Below are positions 54,382-63,558 of a stretch of 64,000 bases of DNA, in pieces. The position numbers and the translations under genes are program-made. Origin of the DNA: Methanobacteriota archaeon (GTDB lineage: Archaea > Thermoplasmatota > Poseidoniia > Poseidoniales > Thalassarchaeaceae); assembly GCA_002722735.1 (NCBI GenBank), contig PBMR01000009.1:42881-106880 (forward strand), written 5' to 3'. The first letter of the stretch is position 1. Every line of letters starts with the position of its first letter. Under the pieces are notes generated by a model. It saw only the letters and a program-made list of their open reading frames with translations. It was not told where the DNA came from and made no database searches.

Positions 54382-55446
54382 ATGGCTGTCATTCACTGCC
54401 TCGGAGCCGGACTCGTTGGATCATACGTTGCCCGAAAGCTCGCTGATCGGGGCCACGAAGTCCACGTGCATGACTTCAACCCCCAACGGGAAGTAGTCGG
54501 CTATCGTAGGATTGTCCTGCATCACGGTGATGCAATCGAACATTGCGAGCAGATGCATGAATTCGGGGAGTTCGACATCGTAGTCAACATGCTTCCCGGT
54601 GACATTGGACATGCTGCTATCGAGACCCTCAACGAGTCCCCATACAGGATTGTTGACCTGAGCTTCAGCAGATTCACGCCCGACAGAAATTCCGGCAAGG
54701 CGGTGGACTACGGTGCTACCATCCTCTGGGATGTGGGAATCGCACCCGGCCTTTCCAATATGCTCCTCGCACGGGCCTACCAGGCCATGGGGCCACTGTT
54801 GAAGGCCGAGGTACGAGTAGGGGGTAACCCCACTGGCCCCACCGATGGCTGGAACTACATGGCGCCATTCTCCCCGAAAGACGTGATTGCAGAGTACACT
54901 CGTCCTGCTAGGGTAATAAGGGATTCAGTGCAGATCACCCTCCCCGCCCTCTCCGAGAGGCACATTATTGAGGTCCCTGAAAAGGGAGAGATGGAAGCAT
55001 TCCTGACCGATGGGCTACGCAGCGTTCTGAACTCCATTCCTGCTGTGGAGATGTCCGAATACACGGTTCGATGGCCAGGTCACATTCAACGCTTCATCGA
55101 CGAGAGGTCGGACGGAACATTGGATGAAGACCGTTTGGTTTCCGAGTGGGCCTACGACCACAAAACCCCGGAATTCACTTGGATGGAGGTCCGTGCTGAA
55201 TCACATGACCGCACCTCCATGGCATGGCGGTTACAGGATCACGGTGGCGACGACGGACATTCAATGGCGAGGTGTACTGGACTTGTCACTATGGGCTGCA
55301 TCGAACAGTGGCTGGATAACCCTGACCTGCTTCCGCCCGGGGTGCACGCACCAGAGGCACTCCCAGGGAGGGCTCTAGACAGCATCCTTGTGACTATGGC
55401 TGAGGAGCGCGTGGAGATCGAGGGCCCTGTCATCACTCGCTCATAG
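54382..55446 (+). CDS. saccharopine dehydrogenase-family NAD(P)-dependent oxidoreductase
   Basis: Rossmann motif IHCLGAGLVGSYVARKL, then a SDH C-terminal-like region. ATG at 54382. Confidence 0.6.
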   Translation: MAVIHCLGAGLVGSYVARKLADRGHEVHVHDFNPQREVVGYRRIVLHHGDAIEHCEQMHEFGEFDIVVNMLPGDIGHAAIETLNESPYRIVDLSFSRFTPDRNSGKAVDYGATILWDVGIAPGLSNMLLARAYQAMGPLLKAEVRVGGNPTGPTDGWNYMAPFSPKDVIAEYTRPARVIRDSVQITLPALSERHIIEVPEKGEMEAFLTDGLRSVLNSIPAVEMSEYTVRWPGHIQRFIDERSDGTLDEDRLVSEWAYDHKTPEFTWMEVRAESHDRTSMAWRLQDHGGDDGHSMARCTGLVTMGCIEQWLDNPDLLPPGVHAPEALPGRALDSILVTMAEERVEIEGPVITRS

Positions 55447-56545
55447 GGGCGATGGATGTCATCTCGTCCCTGCTCACTAGGTACCGAACAGCGAAAGGAA
55501 CGGCAAGGAGGATGGAGGCGGCCAAGACGGGTAGAAGCCACCCTACGCCCTCGGCACTTGGGCGTTCGATAAGCCAAGTGAATCGCAGTTGCGAGTCCTG
55601 GAAGTCCGATGACCAGTGGAATAGGTTGGTAGTGTGGTGCCCAACAACAGTGACCGAGTGGTGAAGCCCGTTGAAAGTAGGGAGGGGGACGACTTCAACG
55701 GATTTGGGCTCCCCGTCAAGCTCGATGGTCAAATTGGTGCCGGGCTCCATGGTGAGTACCGCCCCGTCCGGGATCTCCCTCCAACCAACTCTCAGGTGGC
55801 GCTCTCCTGAATCAATGAGGGGGAAGTCAGTGTCGTTGGAATCCACCACTCGCATTACGCCCTCATGGAAATGAAGCTCGATAGTGCCAGGGACATTCCA
55901 CGTTGTGGATGATTCGAGGGAGGCGGTGATTGAATCCCCAGCAGTGGAGTATTCGACGCGGGAACCCGAGATTCGGTGATGGGCCCACTCCCCCCATGTA
56001 GTAAACCAAACCTCCTGCTCCTCCAACCAGGAGACAAGCCCCCCGTCCTCCCGGACTTTGAGGTCGTGCATCCTAGCCATCCATTCTATGCTAATTAGGG
56101 AGTGCTGCTCGGGAGATTCCAACAAAGAACGATTTGCCAGGTTCAACTCAAGGGACCCCCCGTTGCTCTCGAAGTAGGTCAGCCCATCAGAATACCCAGT
56201 CGGGCCATCACCGACAATCTCGAACTTTGCGTCGAGCAGGGCAGTGCTGGCTCCTTCGTCCAATTGGACTCCTTTCAGGCCGAACGAGATCGGGGCCGCA
56301 CCCCAGCGAGAGGCTTCTGTTAGATCAGATAGGTAGTCCCGGCAGGCAGCTATGGTCCACGGATCCTCGAGAATGTCCAGCCCCTCGTATCCGTGGCATC
56401 CGAACTCGTCCCCCAGAGCTAGGCGCTCTGGTCCAATAACATTAGAGAGCCAGCTGTCGGTTTCCCATTCCCCGGCTACGGGGGGGGCAAGCATTGGAAG
56501 AATCAGAATCACAACAAGAGAAAGGCCGATGGGCTTCTTCATCAC
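55433..56545 (-). CDS. hypothetical secreted protein with a C-terminal TM anchor
   Basis: Signal-like MMKKPIGLSLVVILILPMLAPPVAG. C-terminal hydrophobic span followed by RYLVSRDE. Confidence 0.5.
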   Translation of the reverse strand: MMKKPIGLSLVVILILPMLAPPVAGEWETDSWLSNVIGPERLALGDEFGCHGYEGLDILEDPWTIAACRDYLSDLTEASRWGAAPISFGLKGVQLDEGASTALLDAKFEIVGDGPTGYSDGLTYFESNGGSLELNLANRSLLESPEQHSLISIEWMARMHDLKVREDGGLVSWLEEQEVWFTTWGEWAHHRISGSRVEYSTAGDSITASLESSTTWNVPGTIELHFHEGVMRVVDSNDTDFPLIDSGERHLRVGWREIPDGAVLTMEPGTNLTIELDGEPKSVEVVPLPTFNGLHHSVTVVGHHTTNLFHWSSDFQDSQLRFTWLIERPSAEGVGWLLPVLAASILLAVPFAVRYLVSRDEMTSIAPMSE

Positions 56546-56604
56546 GGCTATGCGTATTCAAGAAGGCATTTCACTGCTTGCCATTTGCTGGTAAACTATG
56601 AAAC

Positions 56605-57402
56605 ATGAATCACCGAGCCACCACCATGGCGGGGTTGACACAGCCATCCCTGGATGCGATTTCTCGAAGCGTTGAACTAGAGGGAACGGGGAGGCCTTTC
56701 AGCACTCCGTTCATCTATAGGTTCCTAGAGAAGTACGTACCCGTCCTCCTGAGGAGCCTCACGAATTTCCATTTCAGGGGTTTGGCGAAGGTTCCACATC
56801 ATGGTGCGGTAATCTTCTCTGCTAACCACCTCTCCAACCTCGACCCCTTCATCAAGGTCATTGCTGCCCAGAGACCCATACACTTCCTAGCCAAGGATGG
56901 GCACTTCAAGCGGCAGCCCCATCGCTTCGTGATGATCAGCACGGGGCAGATCGAGACCTTCAGGGAGACCGGTGCTAAGGATGCCCTAGCCCGGGCAGTG
57001 GACGTGCTCGATTCGGGTGGTTGCCTGGGAATCTTTCCCGAGGGGACGAGATCAAGGAGGTCAGAGCCCCCTTTCCTGCAATATGGCAAGACCGGCGTGG
57101 CTCGCCTTGCTGCTAAGTTCCCTCTCGTCCCGATCGTTCCCATTACAATCATCGGTGCCAGAGAGTTCATGCCACCAGGTTCGACCCTCCCACGGCTATT
57201 GAAACGCGTCGAGGTCATCGTGGACGACCCCATCACCTTCGCTGAGTGGATTGCCCACTCAGACGGTGGAGGGATGACCGATGATGACGTTGCTTCCATG
57301 GTCGGACTGCCTGATGACGGACGAAATGAGGCAATGAGGCAATTATACCGTAGATTCACGGACCAGATCATCGAGACCATGAGGGGCAGAGGGGCACCCT
57401 GA
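56605..57402 (+). CDS. plsC: 1-acyl-sn-glycerol-3-phosphate acyltransferase family (PlsC-like)
   Basis: H(X)4D box FSANHLSNLDPF and the FPEGTRS box. Confidence 0.8.
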   Translation: MNHRATTMAGLTQPSLDAISRSVELEGTGRPFSTPFIYRFLEKYVPVLLRSLTNFHFRGLAKVPHHGAVIFSANHLSNLDPFIKVIAAQRPIHFLAKDGHFKRQPHRFVMISTGQIETFRETGAKDALARAVDVLDSGGCLGIFPEGTRSRRSEPPFLQYGKTGVARLAAKFPLVPIVPITIIGAREFMPPGSTLPRLLKRVEVIVDDPITFAEWIAHSDGGGMTDDDVASMVGLPDDGRNEAMRQLYRRFTDQIIETMRGRGAP

Positions 57403-57449
57403 GGTCATCGCATCCTTGATGGACTACCGACGCACAGCCCGGTAGGCAT

Positions 57450-58244
57450 ATGCAGCAGTATCTGGATTTCCTGAGACGAATTCTCGTTGAAGGGGAGGAG
57501 AAGGGCGACCGTACGGGCACTGGGACCATCTCGATTTTTGGCCACCAAATGCGATTCGATCTCTCAGAAGGCCTACCTGCAGTGACCACCAAGCGAGTAC
57601 ATTGGCGCAGCGTCATCCACGAGCTGCTGTGGTTCCTCTCAGGGGACACCAATGTAGGATACCTCCAAGAAAACAAGGTAAGGATCTGGAACGAATGGGC
57701 CGATGAGGAAGGTGAGCTCGGGCCCGTTTACGGCAAGCAGTGGCGCAGGTGGAAGACCGATGACGGGCGGGTGATCGACCAAATTGAGAATGCCATCAAC
57801 CTTATTCGCAACACTCCGAACAGCCGGCGAATCATCATCTCGGCTTGGAATGTCGGGGAGCTAGACGAAATGGCGTTGATGCCTTGCCATGCCTTCTTCC
57901 AATTCTACGTTAACGAAGGAAGGCTCTCTTGCCAACTCTACCAGAGGAGTGCTGATGGATTCCTTGGCGTGCCATTCAACATCTCCTCCTACAGCCTACT
58001 GACCTGCATGATGGCTCAGGTATGCGACCTCGATCCCGGGGAGTTCATCTGGACAGGTGGGGACTGCCACCTCTACCTCAACCACCTCAATCAGGCCCGT
58101 GAGCAGATTAGTCGGATACCTCTGGAACTGCCGACACTGAAGCTCAATCCCTCAGTTTGTTCGATTGACGACTTCGCATTCGAGGATATCGAAATTTATG
58201 GCTATATCCACCACCCGCACATATCGGCCCCAATCTCAGTCTAG
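57450..58244 (+). CDS. thyA: thymidylate synthase (ThyA type)
   Basis: [13 protein letters not shown]....[21 protein letters not shown] and [10 protein letters not shown]. Confidence 0.92.
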   Translation: MQQYLDFLRRILVEGEEKGDRTGTGTISIFGHQMRFDLSEGLPAVTTKRVHWRSVIHELLWFLSGDTNVGYLQENKVRIWNEWADEEGELGPVYGKQWRRWKTDDGRVIDQIENAINLIRNTPNSRRIIISAWNVGELDEMALMPCHAFFQFYVNEGRLSCQLYQRSADGFLGVPFNISSYSLLTCMMAQVCDLDPGEFIWTGGDCHLYLNHLNQAREQISRIPLELPTLKLNPSVCSIDDFAFEDIEIYGYIHHPHISAPISV

Positions 58245-58252
58245 GTGAACCG

Positions 58253-58762
58253 ATGAAAATGGCAATGATTGTCGCGATGGACGAGGATGGATTCATCGGC
58301 AAGGGGAATCGCCTCCCTTGGAGGTTGGCAAGTGACATGGCCCGCTTCAAGCGGCTCACGGTGGGAGGGGGGGTTAACTCGGTAATCATGGGAAGGAAGA
58401 CCTGGAACTCGCTCCCAGCCTCGTTCAGGCCGTTACCCGAACGTGTCAACATCGTAATGTCACGCGATTCCGGATGGCAGGCGGGAGGAGCGAGGGTTGC
58501 CCCCCATGTGGAGCGAGCCATCGAAATATCATTCTCAGAGGGGAGTGAGGAATGCTGGGTAGTTGGGGGGGCTCAGGTCTACGAGATGTTTCTCGAGAAG
58601 GTGAGCGAGATCCACGTCACCACTGTTCACACCATTCAGAGTGGGGACATCAGATTCCCGAAATGGGACAGGGGGGGGTGGTCCGAGATGGTCGTCGACA
58701 ATTGCGAATCCGATGATGAGAACGAGTGTGGATCCACATATTCGGTATGGACTAGATCCTAA
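58253..58762 (+). CDS. folA: dihydrofolate reductase
   Basis: IVAMDEDGFIGKGNRLPW....DMARFKRLT....VIMGRKTW.S and VVGGAQVY. Confidence 0.9.
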   Translation: MKMAMIVAMDEDGFIGKGNRLPWRLASDMARFKRLTVGGGVNSVIMGRKTWNSLPASFRPLPERVNIVMSRDSGWQAGGARVAPHVERAIEISFSEGSEECWVVGGAQVYEMFLEKVSEIHVTTVHTIQSGDIRFPKWDRGGWSEMVVDNCESDDENECGSTYSVWTRS

Positions 58763-58912
58763 GAGCCCGGTCTTCTGGCCATCGCCCTAAGGCCACAATA
58801 TTCTTTGGTTTATTCAAATTTTGAAATTTCGCTACTCTTGTTGATGCCAGCATCAATTGGGTGATCTGGAAACCTATCATTGGGGGGCCGAATTCTCGAA
58901 GTAATCGAGGAA

Positions 58913-60061
58913 TCACTCGTGCCCGTGCCCAATCAGTCCTGCAGCATCGGCCCCAAATAGGATTACGATCATGAGGGCCACTCCCATTAAGACGCTCATC
59001 ATGGCCTCCCTCCCTGTTTCTGGGTTGTGTATGTCTGGGAGGGTGTCCACTGCTGATACATACAGGAAAGTTCCTCCAGAGAACAGCATAGCAAGCGCAA
59101 TCAGATGCTCATCCAGTCCCTCGAGTGCGTAGAACGAGAATATGATCATCAACGGAGTTGCGATTGAGAATAAGACGACGTCCCTGATGGCGTCATTCCT
59201 ATCTTCCCTCTCGTGCATCGAGAATACCCCCAGGCTGAAAGCCGCAGGGACCTTATGGATTAGTACAGCCAGTGCCACAGCGGCAGTGACAGCTTCGGAG
59301 GACCCGGCTGCTGCAGAGCCTATAGCCAGACCGTCTGCAGCAGAATGCAGGGACAGGCCGAGAACCAGCAATAACGGGGTGGACGTGTGATGGACGTGCT
59401 GGTGTCCATGCTCGCTCTCGTGATCATGGCGCTCCTCGTGTACAGCATGCCCTATTCCCGAGCCCTCCAGTACTAGCATCAGAACGAAACCAGCAAGCAC
59501 TGCTGCCCCCATTATCAGATTCTCGAGAGCTTCCTCCTCCTCAGCCCCATGGCCCCCCTCGTGTGCGTGGGAGGAAATTAGTTCCTCGATCTCATCGATT
59601 CCGATCGAGGCGTTTATCTCCCCGGACTGCACTTCCTCGACTACGTGTTCGATGCCTTCGGACAGAGACTCCTCGGACTCTTCGTCATGGGACTCTTCTT
59701 CTGGAGGCTCGTTGTGATTTTCCTCACCATGCCCCCCGATGAGCCTCTCAATCTCCTCGATGGCTTCCAATACGGTGATTTCACCGTGCTCCACCTCCAG
59801 TATAACGAGGGCAGTGGACCCAGCCAGTGCATCCTCAAATGCGTGCCCGTGGTCGTCGTGCCCTCCAGTGGCCAGCTCGAAACCCTCGGGAATGACGACA
59901 AGTACTGCGGATGCCAACAGAATCCCAGCAGCCAGTCCTGTTATCCTTCGTAGAGAATTCTTCTCCCCTTTCATATTGCTGTAAATGGGAGATAGGCCCC
60001 CTATCAGCGCTAAAATCAATGTTAGTGCAATTAGTTCGATGGGTAGGCCCCCTTCGGTCAT
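58913..60061 (-). CDS. ZIP-family divalent metal transporter with a long His/Glu-rich loop
   Basis: TM core with ..HSAADGLAIG.. and ..IHKVPAAFSLG.. A ~120-aa acidic/His-rich loop lies after TM2. Confidence 0.75.
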   Translation of the reverse strand: MTEGGLPIELIALTLILALIGGLSPIYSNMKGEKNSLRRITGLAAGILLASAVLVVIPEGFELATGGHDDHGHAFEDALAGSTALVILEVEHGEITVLEAIEEIERLIGGHGEENHNEPPEEESHDEESEESLSEGIEHVVEEVQSGEINASIGIDEIEELISSHAHEGGHGAEEEEALENLIMGAAVLAGFVLMLVLEGSGIGHAVHEERHDHESEHGHQHVHHTSTPLLLVLGLSLHSAADGLAIGSAAAGSSEAVTAAVALAVLIHKVPAAFSLGVFSMHEREDRNDAIRDVVLFSIATPLMIIFSFYALEGLDEHLIALAMLFSGGTFLYVSAVDTLPDIHNPETGREAMMSVLMGVALMIVILFGADAAGLIGHGHE

Positions 60062-60094
60062 TGAATACAGCGCGACAATAATATATATTTAAGA

Positions 60095-60109
60095 AATATT
60101 ATTAATATT
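60095..60109. promoter_or_regulatory. 15-bp palindrome AATATTA-T-TAATATT in the A/T-rich divergent ZIP/NikR-like promoter region
   Basis: The arms AATATTA and TAATATT are exact reverse complements. The surrounding 60077-60110 is almost pure A/T (TATA-like boxes for both genes). Confidence 0.5.
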
Positions 60110-60127
60110 CCTCACTTACGAGGAGGC

Positions 60128-60550
60128 ATGAGCAGGATAATCTCCTTCAGTGGGGACAATGAATTCCTCGATTCTCTCGACTCCATGATCGAGGAAACTG
60201 GCTACATTAACAGGAGCATGTTCCTGAGGGACGCAAGTATGCACTTCGCAGACTCTAGCCGTGGGGACCTCAGTTCCATGGGAGACGAAATGAACACCGA
60301 GGGCGTATTGGTGATATTCTACCAGCACGGCGTGGAGTCAAAGATCCTGGACATTAGGCACTCACATTCTGTGGAGGTGTCCTCATTCCACCACAACTGC
60401 CTAACTGAGAGTCACACTTGCGTTGACACCCTACAAATCAAGGGTTCCGCCAGCTCATTGAGAGAAATCGTCTCCAGACTTAGGAACACGCAAGATGTTG
60501 ATCGTGTCTCATTCGTACCAGCACCTGTGAGGGAATCGGGTTGCTGCTGA
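60128..60550 (+). CDS. NikR-like metal-responsive regulator (RHH plus ACT-like metal-binding domain)
   Basis: N-terminal RIISFSGDNEFLDSLDSMIEETGYINRSMFLRDA (RHH). C-terminal ..VIFYQH....H.H......FHHNCL....C.. resembles the NikR His/Cys site. Confidence 0.65.
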   Translation: MSRIISFSGDNEFLDSLDSMIEETGYINRSMFLRDASMHFADSSRGDLSSMGDEMNTEGVLVIFYQHGVESKILDIRHSHSVEVSSFHHNCLTESHTCVDTLQIKGSASSLREIVSRLRNTQDVDRVSFVPAPVRESGCC

Positions 60551-60724
60551 ATTTCGATGGGCATTGAAGCCAATTATTCCGTCAACTAGGTCGTCGGATA
60601 CCTTCACAATATACCCAAGGAATTGCTTCCAGGTTTCGTGGTAAATATGATGCTGGGCACGCGTATGTATTTTCTTACTTCCCATACTAAATAGGGGGGG
60701 CTGTGCGGCGGAACAGAGGATATC

Positions 60725-62062
60725 ATGGGCGGGTTTACAGACTTAGGAGTCGATATTGCCTTGGCTGATGTACTGCGAGAAGGGGGCATAGAGGAGCCTT
60801 TCGAGGTTCAGCAAGAGACGATTCCGGAAGCTTTGCTAGGAAGGGACGTGTGCTGCAGGGCCCCCACGGGTTCCGGGAAGACTCTCGCATTCGGTCTCCC
60901 ACTAATCTCCCGGACCGTCAAGGCCAAGCCCAAAAGGCCCACCTCATTAATCCTCACGCCCACCAGGGAGCTCGCGGAGCAGATCAGGGGAGTCTTGCAG
61001 CCACTCGCCGGCTCCGCTGGCCTCGGGGTGCTGTCGGTCTACGGAGGCACCCCCTACAGAGGGCAGCTGAGGAGACTCGATCGTGGCGTGGAAATTCTGG
61101 TCGCCTGCCCTGGCAGGCTGATTGACCTTCTTGAAAGGGGTGCCCTGCGCCTTGACGACGTTGGCATCGTTGTCCTGGACGAGGCTGACAGGATGGCTGA
61201 CATGGGTTTCATGGAGCCAGTGTGCTCGATTCTTGATAAATGCCGGTACGATCGTCAGACGATACTCTTCAGTGCGACTCTTGACGACGACGTCGCCGGG
61301 ATTGTCGACTCTTACCAGAACGACCCCCTGAGGGTCGGCATAGGGCCCGAGGAAATTAGTATGGACAGCATGCAGCACTTCTTCTGGAAGACCAACTCCC
61401 GGGGAAAGTCCGATCTCTCGGCCTACATTACCGAGAAGTGCGGCCGTAGTATCATCTTCTGCAGGACCAGGGCCGGCGTTAACCGGCTCGGAGATGAGAT
61501 GAGTGAATTCGGCTCCTCCTTCACGACCCTTCACGGGGGCATGAGCCAGAAGCAGCGGGACAGGTCGATGCAGAAGTTCAGCGCAGGACGTGCTAGGGTG
61601 CTGATAGCGACCGACGTCGCTTCGCGCGGTATCGACGTCGACGACGTCAGCTGCATCATACACTTCGACCCTCCTGAGAACGGCAAGGCGTACAAGCACA
61701 GGAGCGGCAGGACCGCCAGGGCAGGCTCCACTGGGACCGTTGTCTCATTGGTTCTGAGGTCTCAGAACAGGCAGTACAGACGAATCCAAGACGAAGTGGG
61801 CATCAGGAGCAGATTTACTGAGCCCGAGGTAGAGGCTCTGGAGGAGAGAGAATTCGTACCCGCCTCACCGGGCAAGGACAAGTTCCGCGGTAAGCCCAAT
61901 AGGTCGCGGAATAACAAGCGGGCCCGCCGGTCAAGGAAGAGTCCCCAGCAAAAGCCACCTAACCATGGCTCCGGCCACCGCAACGGGCGTCGGAATAAAG
62001 GCAAGGGGAAGCACTACACCCGGCCTCGTGGCAAACTGAAGAAGGCTGACTATAGGGCCTAG
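60725..62062 (+). CDS. DEAD-box ATP-dependent RNA helicase with an Arg/Lys-rich tail
   Basis: Q motif F..Q...IP, APTGSGKT, PTRELA, VLDEADRM, SAT and HRSGRTARAG. Basic C-terminal ~70 aa. Confidence 0.9.
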   Translation: MGGFTDLGVDIALADVLREGGIEEPFEVQQETIPEALLGRDVCCRAPTGSGKTLAFGLPLISRTVKAKPKRPTSLILTPTRELAEQIRGVLQPLAGSAGLGVLSVYGGTPYRGQLRRLDRGVEILVACPGRLIDLLERGALRLDDVGIVVLDEADRMADMGFMEPVCSILDKCRYDRQTILFSATLDDDVAGIVDSYQNDPLRVGIGPEEISMDSMQHFFWKTNSRGKSDLSAYITEKCGRSIIFCRTRAGVNRLGDEMSEFGSSFTTLHGGMSQKQRDRSMQKFSAGRARVLIATDVASRGIDVDDVSCIIHFDPPENGKAYKHRSGRTARAGSTGTVVSLVLRSQNRQYRRIQDEVGIRSRFTEPEVEALEEREFVPASPGKDKFRGKPNRSRNNKRARRSRKSPQQKPPNHGSGHRNGRRNKGKGKHYTRPRGKLKKADYRA

Positions 62063-62088
62063 CCAGTCTCTCAAAACAGAGGTCGTTA

Positions 62089-62451
62089 CTATCGGCCTGC
62101 ATCATTAAGACGATTGTATTTTGTAGTCATTCCTTTCGATGCACTTATTGGATATTTGTTCTCATTCTCCCCCAACTTCTTCTCTACTGCGTCTATCGCA
62201 TCAATTCCTAGAATTGAACACATCCTTAGTGCATAAATCAGAATATCGGCAATCTCCTCTTCGACTGATCTGAGCAACCCTTCATCCTCCAAAACTTCCG
62301 TGACCGCTGGGTCGGTCCACTGGAAGCACTCCAGTAGCTCTGCGGCCTCGATCGAGATAGAAGAAGCGATGTTCTTCGGGGAGTGGAACTGGCCCCAGTC
62401 CCTTTCTGATGTGAATTGGTCGATTTTTTCAATCACGTTCCTAATCGTCAT
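62089..62451 (-). CDS. MazG-like nucleotide pyrophosphohydrolase (dCTP pyrophosphatase-like)
   Basis: F..ERDW.QFH.PKN...S...EAAELLE.FQW........EE.ADI..Y. Confidence 0.75.
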   Translation of the reverse strand: MTIRNVIEKIDQFTSERDWGQFHSPKNIASSISIEAAELLECFQWTDPAVTEVLEDEGLLRSVEEEIADILIYALRMCSILGIDAIDAVEKKLGENENKYPISASKGMTTKYNRLNDAGR

Positions 62452-62692
62452 AACGGGTTCGCATAGACATCACCTCCTTGAATGGTGCCCTAGAAACTCA
62501 AAGGGTACAAGGAAGGAGCCCTTAGCATGACGTATTGTCATTAGCGCGTATGTTTGGGAAGTCACACACCACCGAGAATCTGTGGAGATGGATGAAGTGA
62601 CTACGGCTTGAAGTCTGCCAACCTAGTCGCATGAGTCTAAGCAGAAACCCATTGATAGATGGATTCACAAGTGTTAGTAATGACGCATTGCC

Positions 62693-63445
62693 GTGAAAGA
62701 GGTCCCCGTTGTGAAGAAGCCGCCTTCGGGAGTGCAGGAGGATCTGGTTCCCGAAAGGGTTGTTAACGGCCTCCCTACAATGTACTGCTTCGAGACCTGC
62801 CCATTCTGCTTCAAGGTCAAGGCACTCCTGGGCTCCAGGGGCATCGAGTATTCTAAGGTCGAGGTCGATCCTACTTTCAAGACGCAGATGAAGTGGTCTG
62901 ACTGGGGCATGGTGCCAGTATTCGTCGACGTCGATGGCACCCATGTGACCGACTCAAACTACATCCTCCACTACATCGATTCCAATGACTCTGGTTCGTT
63001 CCCGCGAATGGGTGAGGACCCCGAGCAGGATCGGTGGATGAACTTCTCCAACAAGATCCTAGGTAAGTCCATCGTCGCAGTGATTTACACCTCGTACAGA
63101 ACCTCCCTCCAGGCCCTCGATTACGTGACAAGGGTTGACAACTTCTCGTTTGGCAGCCGACTGATTAACAAGTGGCTAGGAGGATTCGTCATGCGCATGG
63201 TCGGCAAGAGCAGAGCGAAGATGTTCGAACTTCCACCCCGTGAGAACCTTCAGTACCAACTGGACGAGATGTCCAAGGGGATTAGGGGGGACTTCTTCGG
63301 AGAGGAAGAGCCTAACGGGGCCGACTACGCCAACTTCGGAATTCTTCGGTCTATGCAGGGCCTGAATGGATTCGACATAGTCGCGAGCCATCAGATCGTG
63401 TCCGGATGGTACGGAAGGATGCAGGATCACTCCGGCGTGTACTGA
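62693..63445 (+). CDS. glutaredoxin-2 / GST-like (thioredoxin-fold N-domain) protein
   Basis: LPTMYCFETCPFCFKVKALLGSRGIEY..VEVDP followed by a helical GST-C-like part. Start uncertain (GTG 62693 or ATG at ~62780). Confidence 0.6.
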   Translation: MKEVPVVKKPPSGVQEDLVPERVVNGLPTMYCFETCPFCFKVKALLGSRGIEYSKVEVDPTFKTQMKWSDWGMVPVFVDVDGTHVTDSNYILHYIDSNDSGSFPRMGEDPEQDRWMNFSNKILGKSIVAVIYTSYRTSLQALDYVTRVDNFSFGSRLINKWLGGFVMRMVGKSRAKMFELPPRENLQYQLDEMSKGIRGDFFGEEEPNGADYANFGILRSMQGLNGFDIVASHQIVSGWYGRMQDHSGVY

Positions 63446-63558
63446 CTAGTACAGGTCCATCTTATCGCGGGAATTAATGTACCCATCACTGATGTAGAGG
63501 ATAAAGTAGATGTGGTTATTAAACCTCCAAAGAGCCCGTTGCTCCAGAGGTGTGATGG

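Noticed and set aside
60947-61699. 250-aa minus-strand ORF inside the DEAD-box helicase gene
   Set aside because: It is antisense to a gene carrying the complete set of helicase motifs.
62522-62944. 140-aa minus-strand ORF spanning the long spacer and the 5' end of the GST-like gene
   Set aside because: It is antisense to the thioredoxin-fold CPFC region of the plus-strand gene, has no motif, and is His/Arg/Leu-rich.
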